Positions 17,325 through 27,855 are shown, counted from the first letter of the stretch. The stretch: 64,000 nt of DNA from Bdellovibrionota bacterium (GCA_963668355.1 OY764265.1:2624001-2688000), one strand, 5' to 3'. The notes: generated from the letters alone by a model not told the origin. A program made the numbers and translations.

Positions 17325-18764
17325 ATGGCAAAAAAAGATGTAGTTGTAATTGGTGGTGGTCCAGGTGGATATGTCGCAGCCATTCGTCTGGGACAGCTTG
17401 GAAAAAGCGTCGCTCTGATTGAAAAAGAAAATGTCGGTGGAATCTGTCTCAATTGGGGCTGCATTCCTTCAAAGGCGTTGATTCATGCCGCTCATCTCTA
17501 TGAAGAGACCGATCACATGAAGGAAGTTGGCATCGAAGTCAAAGATGTCCAATTGGACTTGGAACAAACCCAAAAATGGAAAGACGGCGTCGTTAAACAA
17601 CTGACCGATGGCGTTCGTCAATTGTTGAAAGCCAATAAAGTGGAAGTGGTCAAAGGACGAGCCCACTTTGAGTCCAGCCATAAAATTCGAGTAGAGGGAG
17701 CCAATTCAGGGAATGAAACCATTGAATTTGAATCGGCCATCGTGGCGACCGGATCAAGTCCCGTGGAAATTCCCGGATTTTCTTTCGATGGGGAAGTCAT
17801 TGTGGATTCGAAAGACGCCTTGGGTTGGAAGCAAGCCCCCAAAAGAATGTTGGTGATCGGGGGTGGCGTCATCGGAATGGAAATGGGCATGCTCTATCAA
17901 AAATTCGGAAGCGAAGTGACCGTCATCGAAATGATGGACCAACTCGTACCCGGAGTGGACAAAGAAATTGCCGACACCCTCCTTCGAACCTGCAAAAAGA
18001 AAAAAATCAATGTTCACCTTTCCAGCAAAGCCTTGGGATGTAAGAAGAATGGAAAATCCATCGAAGTCGAATTTGAAACGCCCAAGAAAAAAGAAAAAGC
18101 AGAATTTGATGTGGTCTTGATGTCCGTGGGAAGAAAACCCAATGGCTCTGGATTGGGATTGGAGGATGTTGGCGTCAAATTGGAACGTGGGATGATTCCT
18201 GTAAACAACGTTCTTCAAAGCAATATTTCCAATATTTACGCCATTGGGGATGTTACGGGTCCTCCTCAGCTGGCTCACCGGGCCTCCAAGCAAGGGCTTG
18301 TGGCTGCCGAAGTCATCGCAGGTAAAAAAAGTGCTTATGATGTCGTTGCCATGCCGGGAGCTATTTTCACCGATCCGGAAATTGGAACCACGGGACTTTC
18401 CGAGTCCGAAGCGGAGGAAAAAGGCTTTGAAGTGCATACCGCCAAATTTCCTTTTGTAGCTTCTGGGAAGGCTTTAGCCAGTCGGCAAACCAACGGATTT
18501 GTAAAACTGGTTGGCGATAAAAAAACGGGCCTTCTTTTGGGAGCCCACATCATTGGCCCCGGAGCTTCGGATCTGATCAGTGAAATGACTTTGGCCTTAG
18601 AGATGGGGGCCACCTTGGAGGATGTTGCTCTGACCGTTCACCCCCACCCCACATTGTCTGAGACATTGATGGAGGCTGCCGAAGCCTATTTGGGACATCC
18701 GGTTCATACGGTGGTAAGAACGCCAAGATCCAAAAATGAAAAAAGGAAGAATGCCCAAGCTTAA
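17325..18764 (+). CDS. lpdA: dihydrolipoyl dehydrogenase (E3)
   Basis: GGGPGG, GGICLNWGCIPSK, GGGVIG and HPTLSE motifs. Confidence 0.96.
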   Translation: MAKKDVVVIGGGPGGYVAAIRLGQLGKSVALIEKENVGGICLNWGCIPSKALIHAAHLYEETDHMKEVGIEVKDVQLDLEQTQKWKDGVVKQLTDGVRQLLKANKVEVVKGRAHFESSHKIRVEGANSGNETIEFESAIVATGSSPVEIPGFSFDGEVIVDSKDALGWKQAPKRMLVIGGGVIGMEMGMLYQKFGSEVTVIEMMDQLVPGVDKEIADTLLRTCKKKKINVHLSSKALGCKKNGKSIEVEFETPKKKEKAEFDVVLMSVGRKPNGSGLGLEDVGVKLERGMIPVNNVLQSNISNIYAIGDVTGPPQLAHRASKQGLVAAEVIAGKKSAYDVVAMPGAIFTDPEIGTTGLSESEAEEKGFEVHTAKFPFVASGKALASRQTNGFVKLVGDKKTGLLLGAHIIGPGASDLISEMTLALEMGATLEDVALTVHPHPTLSETLMEAAEAYLGHPVHTVVRTPRSKNEKRKNAQA

Positions 18765-19758
18765 ACCGAAGATGAAATCGGTTCCGTTGGCGATTCCGGA
18801 AATGGATCGATTGAAAGTCTTTCGTCTGATAGCAAAGGCTCGCGCACTTGAGGAACGTTTGATCAAAATGGCAAAATCCACCGATTCGTTTTTTTGGATC
18901 GGAGGGCCTGGAGAGGAAGCCTTCAATATTCCTCTGGGATTGTTGGTCAAGAAGGGTCAAGGCCCTCAATTTGATTTTTTACATCTCCATTACCGAAGCT
19001 CTGGGATTTTACTCGCCATGGGAATGGATCTGAGAGATGCCATTCGGCAAGGCGCTGCCGTTTCGACGGACCCTTATTCGGGAGGCCGAAATTTTCCAAA
19101 TCATTATGCTTACAAACCTTGGAATGTCATGCCGATTACCTCCACAATCGGAACGCAATTTGCGGTCGCACCGGGAAATGCTTTGGCCAACAAGCGACAT
19201 GGGAAAGACAGCATTACGATTGTTACGGGTGGAGATGCGGGAACGGCCCAAGGTGATTTTGCCACCTGCTTAAACTGGGCCTCGAGGCCCAAAGAAGAAC
19301 TCCCCCTCTTGATCATCGTCATGAATAATTGGTGGGGAATTTCGACCCCTCACGAACAAGTTCAAGGGGCCTCTGTCATCGCCAAACGAGCGGAACCCTT
19401 CGGCATCGAATGGAATTCCGTAGATGGAAATGATCCCGAGGAGTCTTGGAAAGCCATTTACGAGGCCATGCACTATGTTCGAACGCAAAGAAGGCCTTTT
19501 TGTTTGGAGGCTCATGTGTCTCGTTTGCACGGCCACTCTTCTTCCTCTGGGGCGAAACGCGTGGAAAATGAACCGGATCCCTTGCAACTCTTTGAACAAC
19601 AACTCGTTCAAGATGACGATCTAACTCAAGAGGAAGTAAAGGCCGTTCACCAAGAGTTTGAAAACGAAGCGTTGAGCATTCTCAAGGAAGTTCGAAAAGA
19701 ACCCAAGCCTTCCCCGGACTCCATTTATGACCACATCTTCGCAAAGGAGCAGGACTGA
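18751..19758 (+). CDS. 2-oxoacid dehydrogenase E1 alpha (probably branched-chain type)
   Basis: TPP motif GDAG...NN, DGND and RLHGHSSS; operon context. Confidence 0.85.
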   Translation: MPKLKPKMKSVPLAIPEMDRLKVFRLIAKARALEERLIKMAKSTDSFFWIGGPGEEAFNIPLGLLVKKGQGPQFDFLHLHYRSSGILLAMGMDLRDAIRQGAAVSTDPYSGGRNFPNHYAYKPWNVMPITSTIGTQFAVAPGNALANKRHGKDSITIVTGGDAGTAQGDFATCLNWASRPKEELPLLIIVMNNWWGISTPHEQVQGASVIAKRAEPFGIEWNSVDGNDPEESWKAIYEAMHYVRTQRRPFCLEAHVSRLHGHSSSSGAKRVENEPDPLQLFEQQLVQDDDLTQEEVKAVHQEFENEALSILKEVRKEPKPSPDSIYDHIFAKEQD

Positions 19759-20819
19759 TGGCTACGATTGCCCAAGCCATTCGACTCGCTCTACACGAAG
19801 GAGAAACCCGATTGGGCGTCACAGATATCTTTGGTGAAGATGTCGGGCCTCCGTTGGGCGGCGTGTTTACCTGCACTCAGGGATTAAAGAATGCCTGGAA
19901 TTCGCCTCTGGATGAACGAGGAATTATTGGAACGGCTATGGGGTTGGCCATGGCAGGAGAAAAACCCGTCGCTGAAATTCAATTCGTGGACTACATTTTC
20001 AATACGATTGATCTTTTGAAACTGGTGGGAAATTCATGTTGGTCTTCCAATGGTCAATTCAACCTTCCCTTGGTATTGATGACGCCCGTTGGCTCCGGAA
20101 TTCATGGTTCACTTTATCATTCCCACTCTTTCGACACATTTGCGACTCATATGCCCGGATGGAAAGTCGTTCTTCCTTCGAACCCCGTGGACACATATGG
20201 TCTATTGATTTCCGCTATTAACGATCCGAACCCCGTGATGTTTTTGTATCCGAAGGTCTTAATTCGCCAACATGGTCATGAACGCATTCCGGGAGAACCA
20301 GAGGACATGAGAGCCCTGGCGAAAATGATCGATGCCCCTCTCGGGGATCGAAAGGAATGGAAACCCAAATGGCCGAATTTGGATCCAAATTTTTCCGTGC
20401 CCATCGGTCCCGCAAAATTGGTCCACCGAGGGAATGACATGACCGTGGTGAGCTATGGACGAATGCTTCCTCTTTGCGAGCATGCAGCGAACCGAATTCA
20501 AGAAGAACACGGTTTTGAAGTTGATGTCATCGATCTTAGAACGCTCTTTCCCTATGATCTTGAATCCATCAAAGAGTCCGTGAAACGAACCGGAAGGCTC
20601 TTGGTGGTCAACGAAGATACGGAAGTCGCCAATTTTGGAGAACACCTCATTCGCCGAATGGTGGATGATTGCTTCTATCACTTCGAAGCCCCTCCTCGTC
20701 TCCTTGCGGGTAAAAATCTCCCGGGAATCGGGATTGCTTGGGAACTCGAAGAGGTTTCCGTCCCTCAAAGCCCTGACATCGAAAAGGAAATGCTTGATCT
20801 CCTCAGGTTAGAACCTTAA
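19758..20819 (+). CDS. 2-oxoacid dehydrogenase E1 beta
   Basis: GEDVG..GGVF, SPLDERGI.G, AEIQF, YHSHS and IDLRTL.P motifs. Confidence 0.9.
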   Translation: MATIAQAIRLALHEGETRLGVTDIFGEDVGPPLGGVFTCTQGLKNAWNSPLDERGIIGTAMGLAMAGEKPVAEIQFVDYIFNTIDLLKLVGNSCWSSNGQFNLPLVLMTPVGSGIHGSLYHSHSFDTFATHMPGWKVVLPSNPVDTYGLLISAINDPNPVMFLYPKVLIRQHGHERIPGEPEDMRALAKMIDAPLGDRKEWKPKWPNLDPNFSVPIGPAKLVHRGNDMTVVSYGRMLPLCEHAANRIQEEHGFEVDVIDLRTLFPYDLESIKESVKRTGRLLVVNEDTEVANFGEHLIRRMVDDCFYHFEAPPRLLAGKNLPGIGIAWELEEVSVPQSPDIEKEMLDLLRLEP

Positions 20820-20828
20820 ACAGGAAAG

Positions 20829-21188
20829 ATGGCAATTTTGGCTTATTTGGCTGTGGGTCTTTTGGCTGGCTTATTCGCCGGTTTTTTCGGATTGGGTGGG
20901 GGCATTGTTCTGGTTCCCCTCCTGGTATTTCTTCTCCACCTTTCTCAGCATGAAGCACAAGGTCTCTCTTTGGCTGCACTTTTATTGCCCGTGGGAATTC
21001 TAGCGGCATGGGTTTATAACAAAGCGCACCCCATTCCCGTCAAACCGGCCCTCATGATTGCACTCGGCATTTTCATCGGGGGTTATTTTGGAGGCATTTT
21101 TGCCCAACAAATGTCACCCAAGGGTCTTCGAATCGCTTTTGGAATTCTCCTTATTGCCACGGGGGTCAAAACCATCTTGGGGAGATGA
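20829..21188 (+). CDS. TSUP/TauE-SafE family permease, half-size
   Basis: GLLAGLFAGFFGLGGGIVLVP and AQGLSL; 4 TM segments in 119 aa. Confidence 0.85.
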   Translation: MAILAYLAVGLLAGLFAGFFGLGGGIVLVPLLVFLLHLSQHEAQGLSLAALLLPVGILAAWVYNKAHPIPVKPALMIALGIFIGGYFGGIFAQQMSPKGLRIAFGILLIATGVKTILGR

Positions 21189-22547
21189 TGAGCCGGAAGG
21201 CCGACGCAGTTTTGAGAAAATTCTTTTGGAAAGCGCCCGATATCGAATGTAAGACAAGATCGCCGAAGCTCCCAATCCAAAAACCATTCCGATCCATAGT
21301 CCCTTGGCTCCTCCACCCCAACGAAATGTCAAAAGATATCCTGCAGGGAGTCCAACCACCCAATAGGATACAAAATTGATGAAAAAAGGAACCCGCGTGT
21401 CTTTTAACCCACGAAGCATCCCTCCCAAGACACATTGAAGACCATCCACAACCTGAAAAAAGGCGGCAACAAAAATAAATTCTGTAGCAAATCGCATGAC
21501 CTGAAGATCATCTGTGTAAATCAATGTGATTTGGCGAGGAAAGAAAAGAAACAAGAGTGCCAAAAAAATCCCAATCACGATGGTCACAAACATAGAGGCA
21601 GAACCAGAAGTTTCTGCCATTTCCGAATTTCGAGCCCCCACATATTTCCCGATCCGAACGGCAGAGGCAATGGAAAGACCCAAAGGAATCATGAACACCA
21701 AACTTGCGGCGTTCAATGCGACTTGATGTCCAGCTTGTTCGAAAGCCCCTAAAGTACCCATCAACAATGTAGCCGCCGCGAACAAACCCACCTCCGTCAA
21801 ACGCGTAAACCCTAAGGGCAAACCCAACCCCAAGATTTCTCGAATCGTCGGCCAATGAAAAGTTCTCCATGTTTGGAATAATGGAAAATCCCGATACCGT
21901 TTGGATCGAAAAATATATATGCCTAACGCTAACGTCATCCCCCAATAAACGGTTGTGGTACATAGCGCAGCTCCAGCCACACCCATCGCAGGAAAACCAA
22001 ATTTCCCAAAAATAAAGATGTAGTCCAACCCCGCGTTGATCGCAGTTGCAATCAGAGCAATCCAAAATGCAGGCTTGGTGTTGGACGTGCTATCAATAAA
22101 ATTTCTCAGACAGATGAAGCCCAGTAAGCCGGGAGTCCCCCAGGCAAGAATTCGTAAATACCCCCCCGCCAAAGGAATGATTCGCTCCTCCTGATTCATC
22201 CAATGAAAAATGGGTTCGGAGATGTAAAACAGGATTCCCATCCCGAGTGCCAAAAAGAAGGTCACCCAAAGGCTTTGGTCCAAAACAACGGCCATTTTTT
22301 CTTTGTCCCCTTCCCCATCGGCTTGGGAAATGAGAGGCGTCATGGCCAGTAAAACCCCGATGCAAAAAACGAAAACAAACATATAAATGGACGAAGCCAT
22401 CGCCAACGCAGCCAAAGCATCTGCTCCGATGCGCCCAACCATCATATTGTCCACAAACACCATGGAAGTACTCAAGATGAGTCCTCCCATCACGGGAGCG
22501 GCAAGACGCAACAAATCGTTGGTCTCTTGGCGGAAAGGAGAAGACAT
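21114..22547 (-). CDS. MATE family efflux transporter (NorM-like)
   Basis: LAAP..FVDNMMVGRIG, about 12 TM segments, GKFGFPAMGVAGAA, DGLQ...GMLRG. Confidence 0.92.
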   Translation of the reverse strand: MSSPFRQETNDLLRLAAPVMGGLILSTSMVFVDNMMVGRIGADALAALAMASSIYMFVFVFCIGVLLAMTPLISQADGEGDKEKMAVVLDQSLWVTFFLALGMGILFYISEPIFHWMNQEERIIPLAGGYLRILAWGTPGLLGFICLRNFIDSTSNTKPAFWIALIATAINAGLDYIFIFGKFGFPAMGVAGAALCTTTVYWGMTLALGIYIFRSKRYRDFPLFQTWRTFHWPTIREILGLGLPLGFTRLTEVGLFAAATLLMGTLGAFEQAGHQVALNAASLVFMIPLGLSIASAVRIGKYVGARNSEMAETSGSASMFVTIVIGIFLALLFLFFPRQITLIYTDDLQVMRFATEFIFVAAFFQVVDGLQCVLGGMLRGLKDTRVPFFINFVSYWVVGLPAGYLLTFRWGGGAKGLWIGMVFGLGASAILSYIRYRALSKRIFSKLRRPSGSSSPQDGFDPRGNKENSKSDSKTLG

Positions 22548-22562
22548 CAAAACGGATTTTTC

Positions 22563-24101
22563 CTATTTTTTCGCGTTTCGCTTTGCATTTCGAAGCTCTC
22601 GAACCATATCGATGTTTTTGGGAGACAAATCAACCGCAACTTGAAGATGTTCGAGGGCTTCTTTTTTTTGTTCTTGAGCCAAGAGAAATTTTCCCAAATA
22701 AAAAGCCGCATCCGCATTGGACCCTAAATCCCGGGCTTTTCTCAACCATTCCTCGGCTTTCCCGTGATTTCGTTCCGGATCTTTTTGAAAAATGGCCCAT
22801 CCCAAATGAGATAAGTAGGTAGGGTTCTTGGAATCGATATCTTTGGCGTACTCGAAAAATTCGATGGCTTGGGTGAATTTCTTACTTTTTAGAAACTGAA
22901 CGCCTTTTTTAAATTGTGAATCTCCGTCCAATAAGGCGGTTTGAATTTTAAAGGCTTCGCCGGGCTTTTTCTTAGACTTCTTGGACGTTTTCCGATCAGC
23001 TTTGATTTTATCCAAGTACTTGGTTTTGGTGTCAAAGTCTGAAAGAACCCCGAAAGCTTTCACCCCTCTTAAAAATATTTCTTCCCCCAAATGCTGAAAT
23101 TCTCCCAACGCCCCTTTTCGAAAACGACCGGGATTATATTTGGCAGAGAACTCCACAAATTGATCTCGAATGGTGACCGCAGTGGCATCTTCCGGCAAAC
23201 CAAAGAGTTCGAAGTAGTTCAATTCCATCAAACGCATATGGTCTTGTGCGATGTGGTTGGCTAATTCTCGGGTTTCGTCATCAGCCTCGCTGACAGAAAC
23301 CTCCGGCTCCGTTGGAGACAATGTTTGTAGGAGAGTGGCTCCCACCAGCTCATCCAAAGAAACCTCTTCAAGGTTTCCGGCGGGTTCCAACAGGCCCAAC
23401 ACAGAAAACGCGTAAAGCATTCGGACAATCGCCTCACGGGGAAGATCCGATTCACGAATGACCTCCTCAACCGTTTTGGGGGAACGAAAACGGGCTAAAA
23501 CGCCCAGCTCTTCCGCCGTTAATTGGAAGGCATCGTTTCCCTGTGCATTCTGGGTTTTTGTGACCCGAAAAGATTTCTCACTCGAAAATTGAGAGCCCGA
23601 CTCAATCCGAGTGAGAGGAAAATATAAACGAACGCCTTTTAAGATTAGTCGCCCCAAATTCATCTTTAAGGCCGAGGGTTGATCCATTTCTTCCAAACCC
23701 TTTGGATCAAAAGCAAACTCACCAGATTCCCATGAAAAACAATCCAAAATTTTAATGGCGAAGTTTTTGCGAAGAAGCTCAAATAAAGAGGCCGCCTCAA
23801 TGGCGCCCATTTCGATCAAAACATCTCCCAAAAGACGTTGTTCCTGAAAGGCTCTAGAATTTCCTTCGCGCTCTTGGGCTTCCGAAATGCATCCTTCAGT
23901 GACCAAGTATCTCCCAAGCGTTTCATGCAAAAGATTGGATTCTGCATGAACGGGCTGACCATCCTGAAAAAAAATCCTTTTTTGAAACTCACCGCGGGAA
24001 AGCGTCAAGATCCCATTGACTTGTTCCAAATAAAGATCCCAAAGGAGTTTTGGAAAAAAGACTTTCTCAACACTTCCCGAGGAATGTTCAAGTACGCTCA
24101 T
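22563..24101 (-). CDS. DUF4388 (PatA-N-like) + degenerate J-domain + TPR protein
   Basis: G.LTL..KRIFFQDG..LG..L and W..G.F.F; NYFELFGL J-like helix with NPG replacing HPD; C-terminal TPRs. Confidence 0.75.
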   Translation of the reverse strand: MSVLEHSSGSVEKVFFPKLLWDLYLEQVNGILTLSRGEFQKRIFFQDGQPVHAESNLLHETLGRYLVTEGCISEAQEREGNSRAFQEQRLLGDVLIEMGAIEAASLFELLRKNFAIKILDCFSWESGEFAFDPKGLEEMDQPSALKMNLGRLILKGVRLYFPLTRIESGSQFSSEKSFRVTKTQNAQGNDAFQLTAEELGVLARFRSPKTVEEVIRESDLPREAIVRMLYAFSVLGLLEPAGNLEEVSLDELVGATLLQTLSPTEPEVSVSEADDETRELANHIAQDHMRLMELNYFELFGLPEDATAVTIRDQFVEFSAKYNPGRFRKGALGEFQHLGEEIFLRGVKAFGVLSDFDTKTKYLDKIKADRKTSKKSKKKPGEAFKIQTALLDGDSQFKKGVQFLKSKKFTQAIEFFEYAKDIDSKNPTYLSHLGWAIFQKDPERNHGKAEEWLRKARDLGSNADAAFYLGKFLLAQEQKKEALEHLQVAVDLSPKNIDMVRELRNAKRNAKK

Positions 24102-24121
24102 GGCTTAAAAAAAACGTTCAC

Positions 24122-24640
24122 TTATTGGGCTTTTCGGGTTCCCTCGGCGGTGAACGAATACGTGCAATCCACCTCTTCTTCTTCCAAGCTTCCCGTCAAG
24201 CGTTCTTGCCCATTGGCCGAAAATTCGTTCGGATTCTCAAACGAACCTTTCAAACTGACCATTCGAAGAACGTTCTGAACCGATTCGCCCACATCCAACA
24301 AATCCGCGCCCCCGACTTCAAAACGATTGGCAAAGGAAATGGAACCTCGAAGAATGACATGCACCTTATCGAAGGTCATAGCCCCTCCATCTTGGGCCAC
24401 CGATACATCCAAAGAAACGGTCGTACCTTGCGCCGGAATTTCCAATTCGGAATGTTCCGCACATCCATTTGAGGTGTATGTGAAATTCACGGCAAATTCG
24501 CCTGAAAGGGCATCTCCCGCCCCATCTCCCGGCACAATTCCCGTAACGGATTGAAAATTAATCCCTTCCGTCGAGCCACAGGACACGACAAGAAAGACCA
24601 TACTCAAAAGAGAAATCCCTTGTTTCCACATAACAACCAC
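24122..24640 (-). CDS. hypothetical lipoprotein
   Basis: Lipobox VVSC; beta-rich mature region with two Cys. Confidence 0.65.
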   Translation of the reverse strand: MVVMWKQGISLLSMVFLVVSCGSTEGINFQSVTGIVPGDGAGDALSGEFAVNFTYTSNGCAEHSELEIPAQGTTVSLDVSVAQDGGAMTFDKVHVILRGSISFANRFEVGGADLLDVGESVQNVLRMVSLKGSFENPNEFSANGQERLTGSLEEEEVDCTYSFTAEGTRKAQ

Positions 24641-24739
24641 CTTTTCTTACACTATAAAAACATATGGCGATGTATTGTAAAGTAATTCAAGTTTCGACCA
24701 TTTGATTTTTTAAGAGGTTTTGGGATATGCACCCTCTTC

Positions 24740-25756
24740 ATGAAAGCCTCGGTGTACATACAACCTCAAAAACTTGAAACTCGGGAGGTGCCAAAACCCT
24801 CCCTCCAAGATGGGGACATCTTGCTTCGAGTCCGTACCTGTGGAGTTTGCGGGAGTGACATTCGTAAAATCCAATACAATTTCATTCAGCCTCCGGCCAT
24901 TTTTGGCCATGAGGTGGCCGGCGTCGTCGAGGAAGTTGGGGCCAACGTCGATAAGTTTGAGATCGGAGACCGCGTGGTCCTGGCCCACCATACCCCTTGT
25001 TTTTCATGTCATTATTGCGCTCATGGAAGTTATTCCATGTGCCGAGAATTTAAGTCTTCCAATATCGAACCGGGAGGATTTGCGGAATTCGTTCGCGTCC
25101 CCAAAAAGCATGTCGAGCTGACTTCCTTTAAAATTCCCGACGGAATGTCTTTTGATTCCGCCATCCATATGGAACCCTTGGGCTGCATCGTTCGAAACTT
25201 GAATCGAACTCGCATTCTGCCTGGGGACACCGTTTTGTGCATTGGTCTGGGTTCGGTCGGCATTCTCACCGGCCAATTGGCCAAATCCCGAGGGGCTCAG
25301 GTCTTGGCCACGGATTTACATTCGGATCGAAGAGAGATCGGAGACAGCCTGGGATTTCAAACCCGGGACGGGAAAGATTCAAAATTAAAAGACTGGGTCT
25401 TGTCCCTCACGGATGGACGAGGTGCCGATTTGGTTGTTCTCACCGCCGGGAATCCAAACGTTTATTCTGAGTCCATTCATTGGGTTCGAGATGGAGGCGT
25501 CATCAGCGTATTTGCCGGACTTGGCCCCAAAGAACCCCTGCAATTCGAAGCCAACGAGCTATATCACCGTGAAATCATGGTCTATTCCAGTTATTCTGCG
25601 GCCCCTGCGGACCTTGAGGAAGCCCTGGAACTCTTGAAAAATGGCTCTATCAATGTCGACGTGCTTCATGCTAAAACGTTTTCTCTGGATAATTTGTCAA
25701 ACGCCATTGAAGGAATCATCTCACAACAAATCCTGAAGGCGGTTGTTCACCCATAA
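24740..25756 (+). CDS. Zn-dependent medium-chain dehydrogenase (sorbitol/threonine DH-like)
   Basis: CGSD, GHE, CxxCxxC...C structural Zn site, GGFAE, GLGSVG. Confidence 0.9.
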   Translation: MKASVYIQPQKLETREVPKPSLQDGDILLRVRTCGVCGSDIRKIQYNFIQPPAIFGHEVAGVVEEVGANVDKFEIGDRVVLAHHTPCFSCHYCAHGSYSMCREFKSSNIEPGGFAEFVRVPKKHVELTSFKIPDGMSFDSAIHMEPLGCIVRNLNRTRILPGDTVLCIGLGSVGILTGQLAKSRGAQVLATDLHSDRREIGDSLGFQTRDGKDSKLKDWVLSLTDGRGADLVVLTAGNPNVYSESIHWVRDGGVISVFAGLGPKEPLQFEANELYHREIMVYSSYSAAPADLEEALELLKNGSINVDVLHAKTFSLDNLSNAIEGIISQQILKAVVHP

Positions 25757-25768
25757 GAGGACCTGCGC

Positions 25769-26808
25769 ATGGAAAAAATGAAAGCCGCGATGTTTACGGA
25801 ACTGGGGATGTTCGGCTCGAAGAAGTCGAGATTCCCGAAATTTCATCCTCGGAAGTCTTGGTTAAGGTTGGCTCCGCACTTACTTGCGGGTCCGATTTTA
25901 AGGCTTTTCGTCAAGGCCATCCCGTCATGTTGGGGGATCACTACCCCTCTCCTTTTGGACATGAGGTGGCCGGAACCATTGTCAAAGTCGGAGCTCACGT
26001 TCCGGAATTCAAACCGGGAATGCGCGTCGTGGCTGCCAACTCGGCTCCTTGTGACAACTGTGCCTATTGTCTCTCGGGTCGACCCAATCTTTGTGATCAT
26101 ATGAAGCTCCTCAACGGAGCCTATGCTGAATACATTCGCATTCCGGAGCAAATCGTCAAACACAATCTCTATGAAATTCCGGACCATCTTTCTTTCCAAG
26201 CGGCTGCTCTGTCAGAACCCTTAGCCTGCGCTGTTCACGCCTTTGAACGATTGGGGATTCAAAAAGATCAATCGGCCATCATTCTCGGTTGTGGAATCAT
26301 GGGCCTTCTTTTTTCCGAGGTCGCTCGCCACAGAGGAACGCATCTGATTGCCGTGGGGCGAAACGAAGAAAAACTTTCCCGTGCCCGAAGATTCGGCTTG
26401 GAAAAGGTTATTGATGTTCGGGGACTGGCCGATCCAATCCATACCATTCGATCCTTCACCCCAGAAGGAATTGGAGCCGACTACGTCGTAGAAGCCATTG
26501 GAAAGCCGGAAACATGGGAACAAGCGTTTCAGCTCGTTCGAAAAGGGGGCACCGTTTGCCTCTTTGGCGGTTGCAAAAAGGGTTCAACGTTTTCTTTGGA
26601 TACGCATCAAATCCATTATCAAGAAGTAGCCGTGAGAGGCGTGTTTCATCACACCCCAGAACACTTCGCAACGGCATTACGTTACCTTGCGGAGAATATT
26701 GTCCAATCGAAACATTACATCACCGAGACCGTACAATTGAAGGATCTCCCAGAGTACTTTAGTGAAACTGCTCATGGCAGCCCGTTTAAAGCGGCTGTGA
26801 CTCCTTAG
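25769..26808 (+). pseudogene. second Zn-dependent dehydrogenase with a frameshift near codon 9 (pseudogene or sequencing error)
   Basis: MEKMKAAMF in one frame continues as (Y)GTGDVRLEEVEIP...CGSD..GHE in the frame of ORF 25858..26808; one T is missing at 25793-25795. Confidence 0.75.
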
Positions 26809-26817
26809 GAGAATGTA

Positions 26818-27855
26818 ATGAAGGACCGAGAAATCATTGCCGATCTTCGCAGTGACACCATCACTCACCCCACCCCTGCCATGAAGTCGGCCATGTTTGA
26901 GGCCCCTTTGGGGGATGATGTCCTGGGAGACGAACCCACGGTCATCCGACTTCAAGAAAAGGTGGCCGCCCTCCTACAAAAAGATGCAGCCCTTTTTGTC
27001 CCTTCGGGAACCATGGCCAACCAGTTGGCCGTTCGTTCTCAAACTGAGCCCGGAGATGAAATCATTACCGAAACGGGGAGCCATACGTTTTTGTATGAAA
27101 CGGGTGCCCTAGCAGCTCTGTGCGGAGTTCAACCCCATTTAATTGATGGAAAACGAGGACTGATCGGGCCTGAAGAAATTGAGCCAGCCATTCGAGAGAA
27201 AAACTGTCATTTCCCCATGTCCAAACTCATCATTTTAGAAAATACCCATAACCATGGGGGCGGAACGGTTTACCCCTTACCTCTTCTAAAGGAAGTAAAA
27301 GACTTGGCCATTTCCAGGGGATTAAAGATTCACATGGATGGAGCCCGCCTCTGGAATGCATCCGTGGCATCGGGACACGCCCCGAGCGAATTCTCAAAAT
27401 ATTGCGACACGGTCAGCGTGTGTCTTTCCAAAGGATTGGGGGCACCGGTGGGGTCTCTTCTGGTGGGGAACCGAGACACCATTCAACGAGCCCATCGTTT
27501 TCGAAAAATGTTCGGAGGCGGCATGAGACAGTCGGGCCTCTTGGCTGCCGCAGGCATTTATGCGCTGGATAATCATGTGGAACGTTTGGCTCAAGATCAT
27601 GAGAACGCAAAGTTTCTCGCAAAAGAGTTAGAACGTATCCCTGAAATTGAAATCGATGTGGATCAGGTGGAAACCAATCTGGTTTATTTTAGATGTACAT
27701 CCAAAACGGCTCCAGAGTTTGAACATCTACTGGAGTCTCGGGGCGTTCGAGTTTTGGCAGAAAGCAAGAGCCTGGTTCGAGCCGTCACGCACTTAGATGT
27801 AACAAAACATCAAATCGAACAGGCGCTCGAGATTTTTCAGGAGGTGCTCAAATGA
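26818..27855 (+). CDS. ltaE: low-specificity L-threonine aldolase
   Basis: DLRSDT, GDDV.G.EP, PSGTMANQ, ENTHN, HMDGAR, CLSKGLGAPVGS and GGGMRQ motifs. Confidence 0.94.
   Translation: MKDREIIADLRSDTITHPTPAMKSAMFEAPLGDDVLGDEPTVIRLQEKVAALLQKDAALFVPSGTMANQLAVRSQTEPGDEIITETGSHTFLYETGALAALCGVQPHLIDGKRGLIGPEEIEPAIREKNCHFPMSKLIILENTHNHGGGTVYPLPLLKEVKDLAISRGLKIHMDGARLWNASVASGHAPSEFSKYCDTVSVCLSKGLGAPVGSLLVGNRDTIQRAHRFRKMFGGGMRQSGLLAAAGIYALDNHVERLAQDHENAKFLAKELERIPEIEIDVDQVETNLVYFRCTSKTAPEFEHLLESRGVRVLAESKSLVRAVTHLDVTKHQIEQALEIFQEVLK

Noticed and set aside
25769..26104. 111-aa ORF as an independent gene
   Set aside because: It is the out-of-frame read-through of the frameshifted dehydrogenase start.
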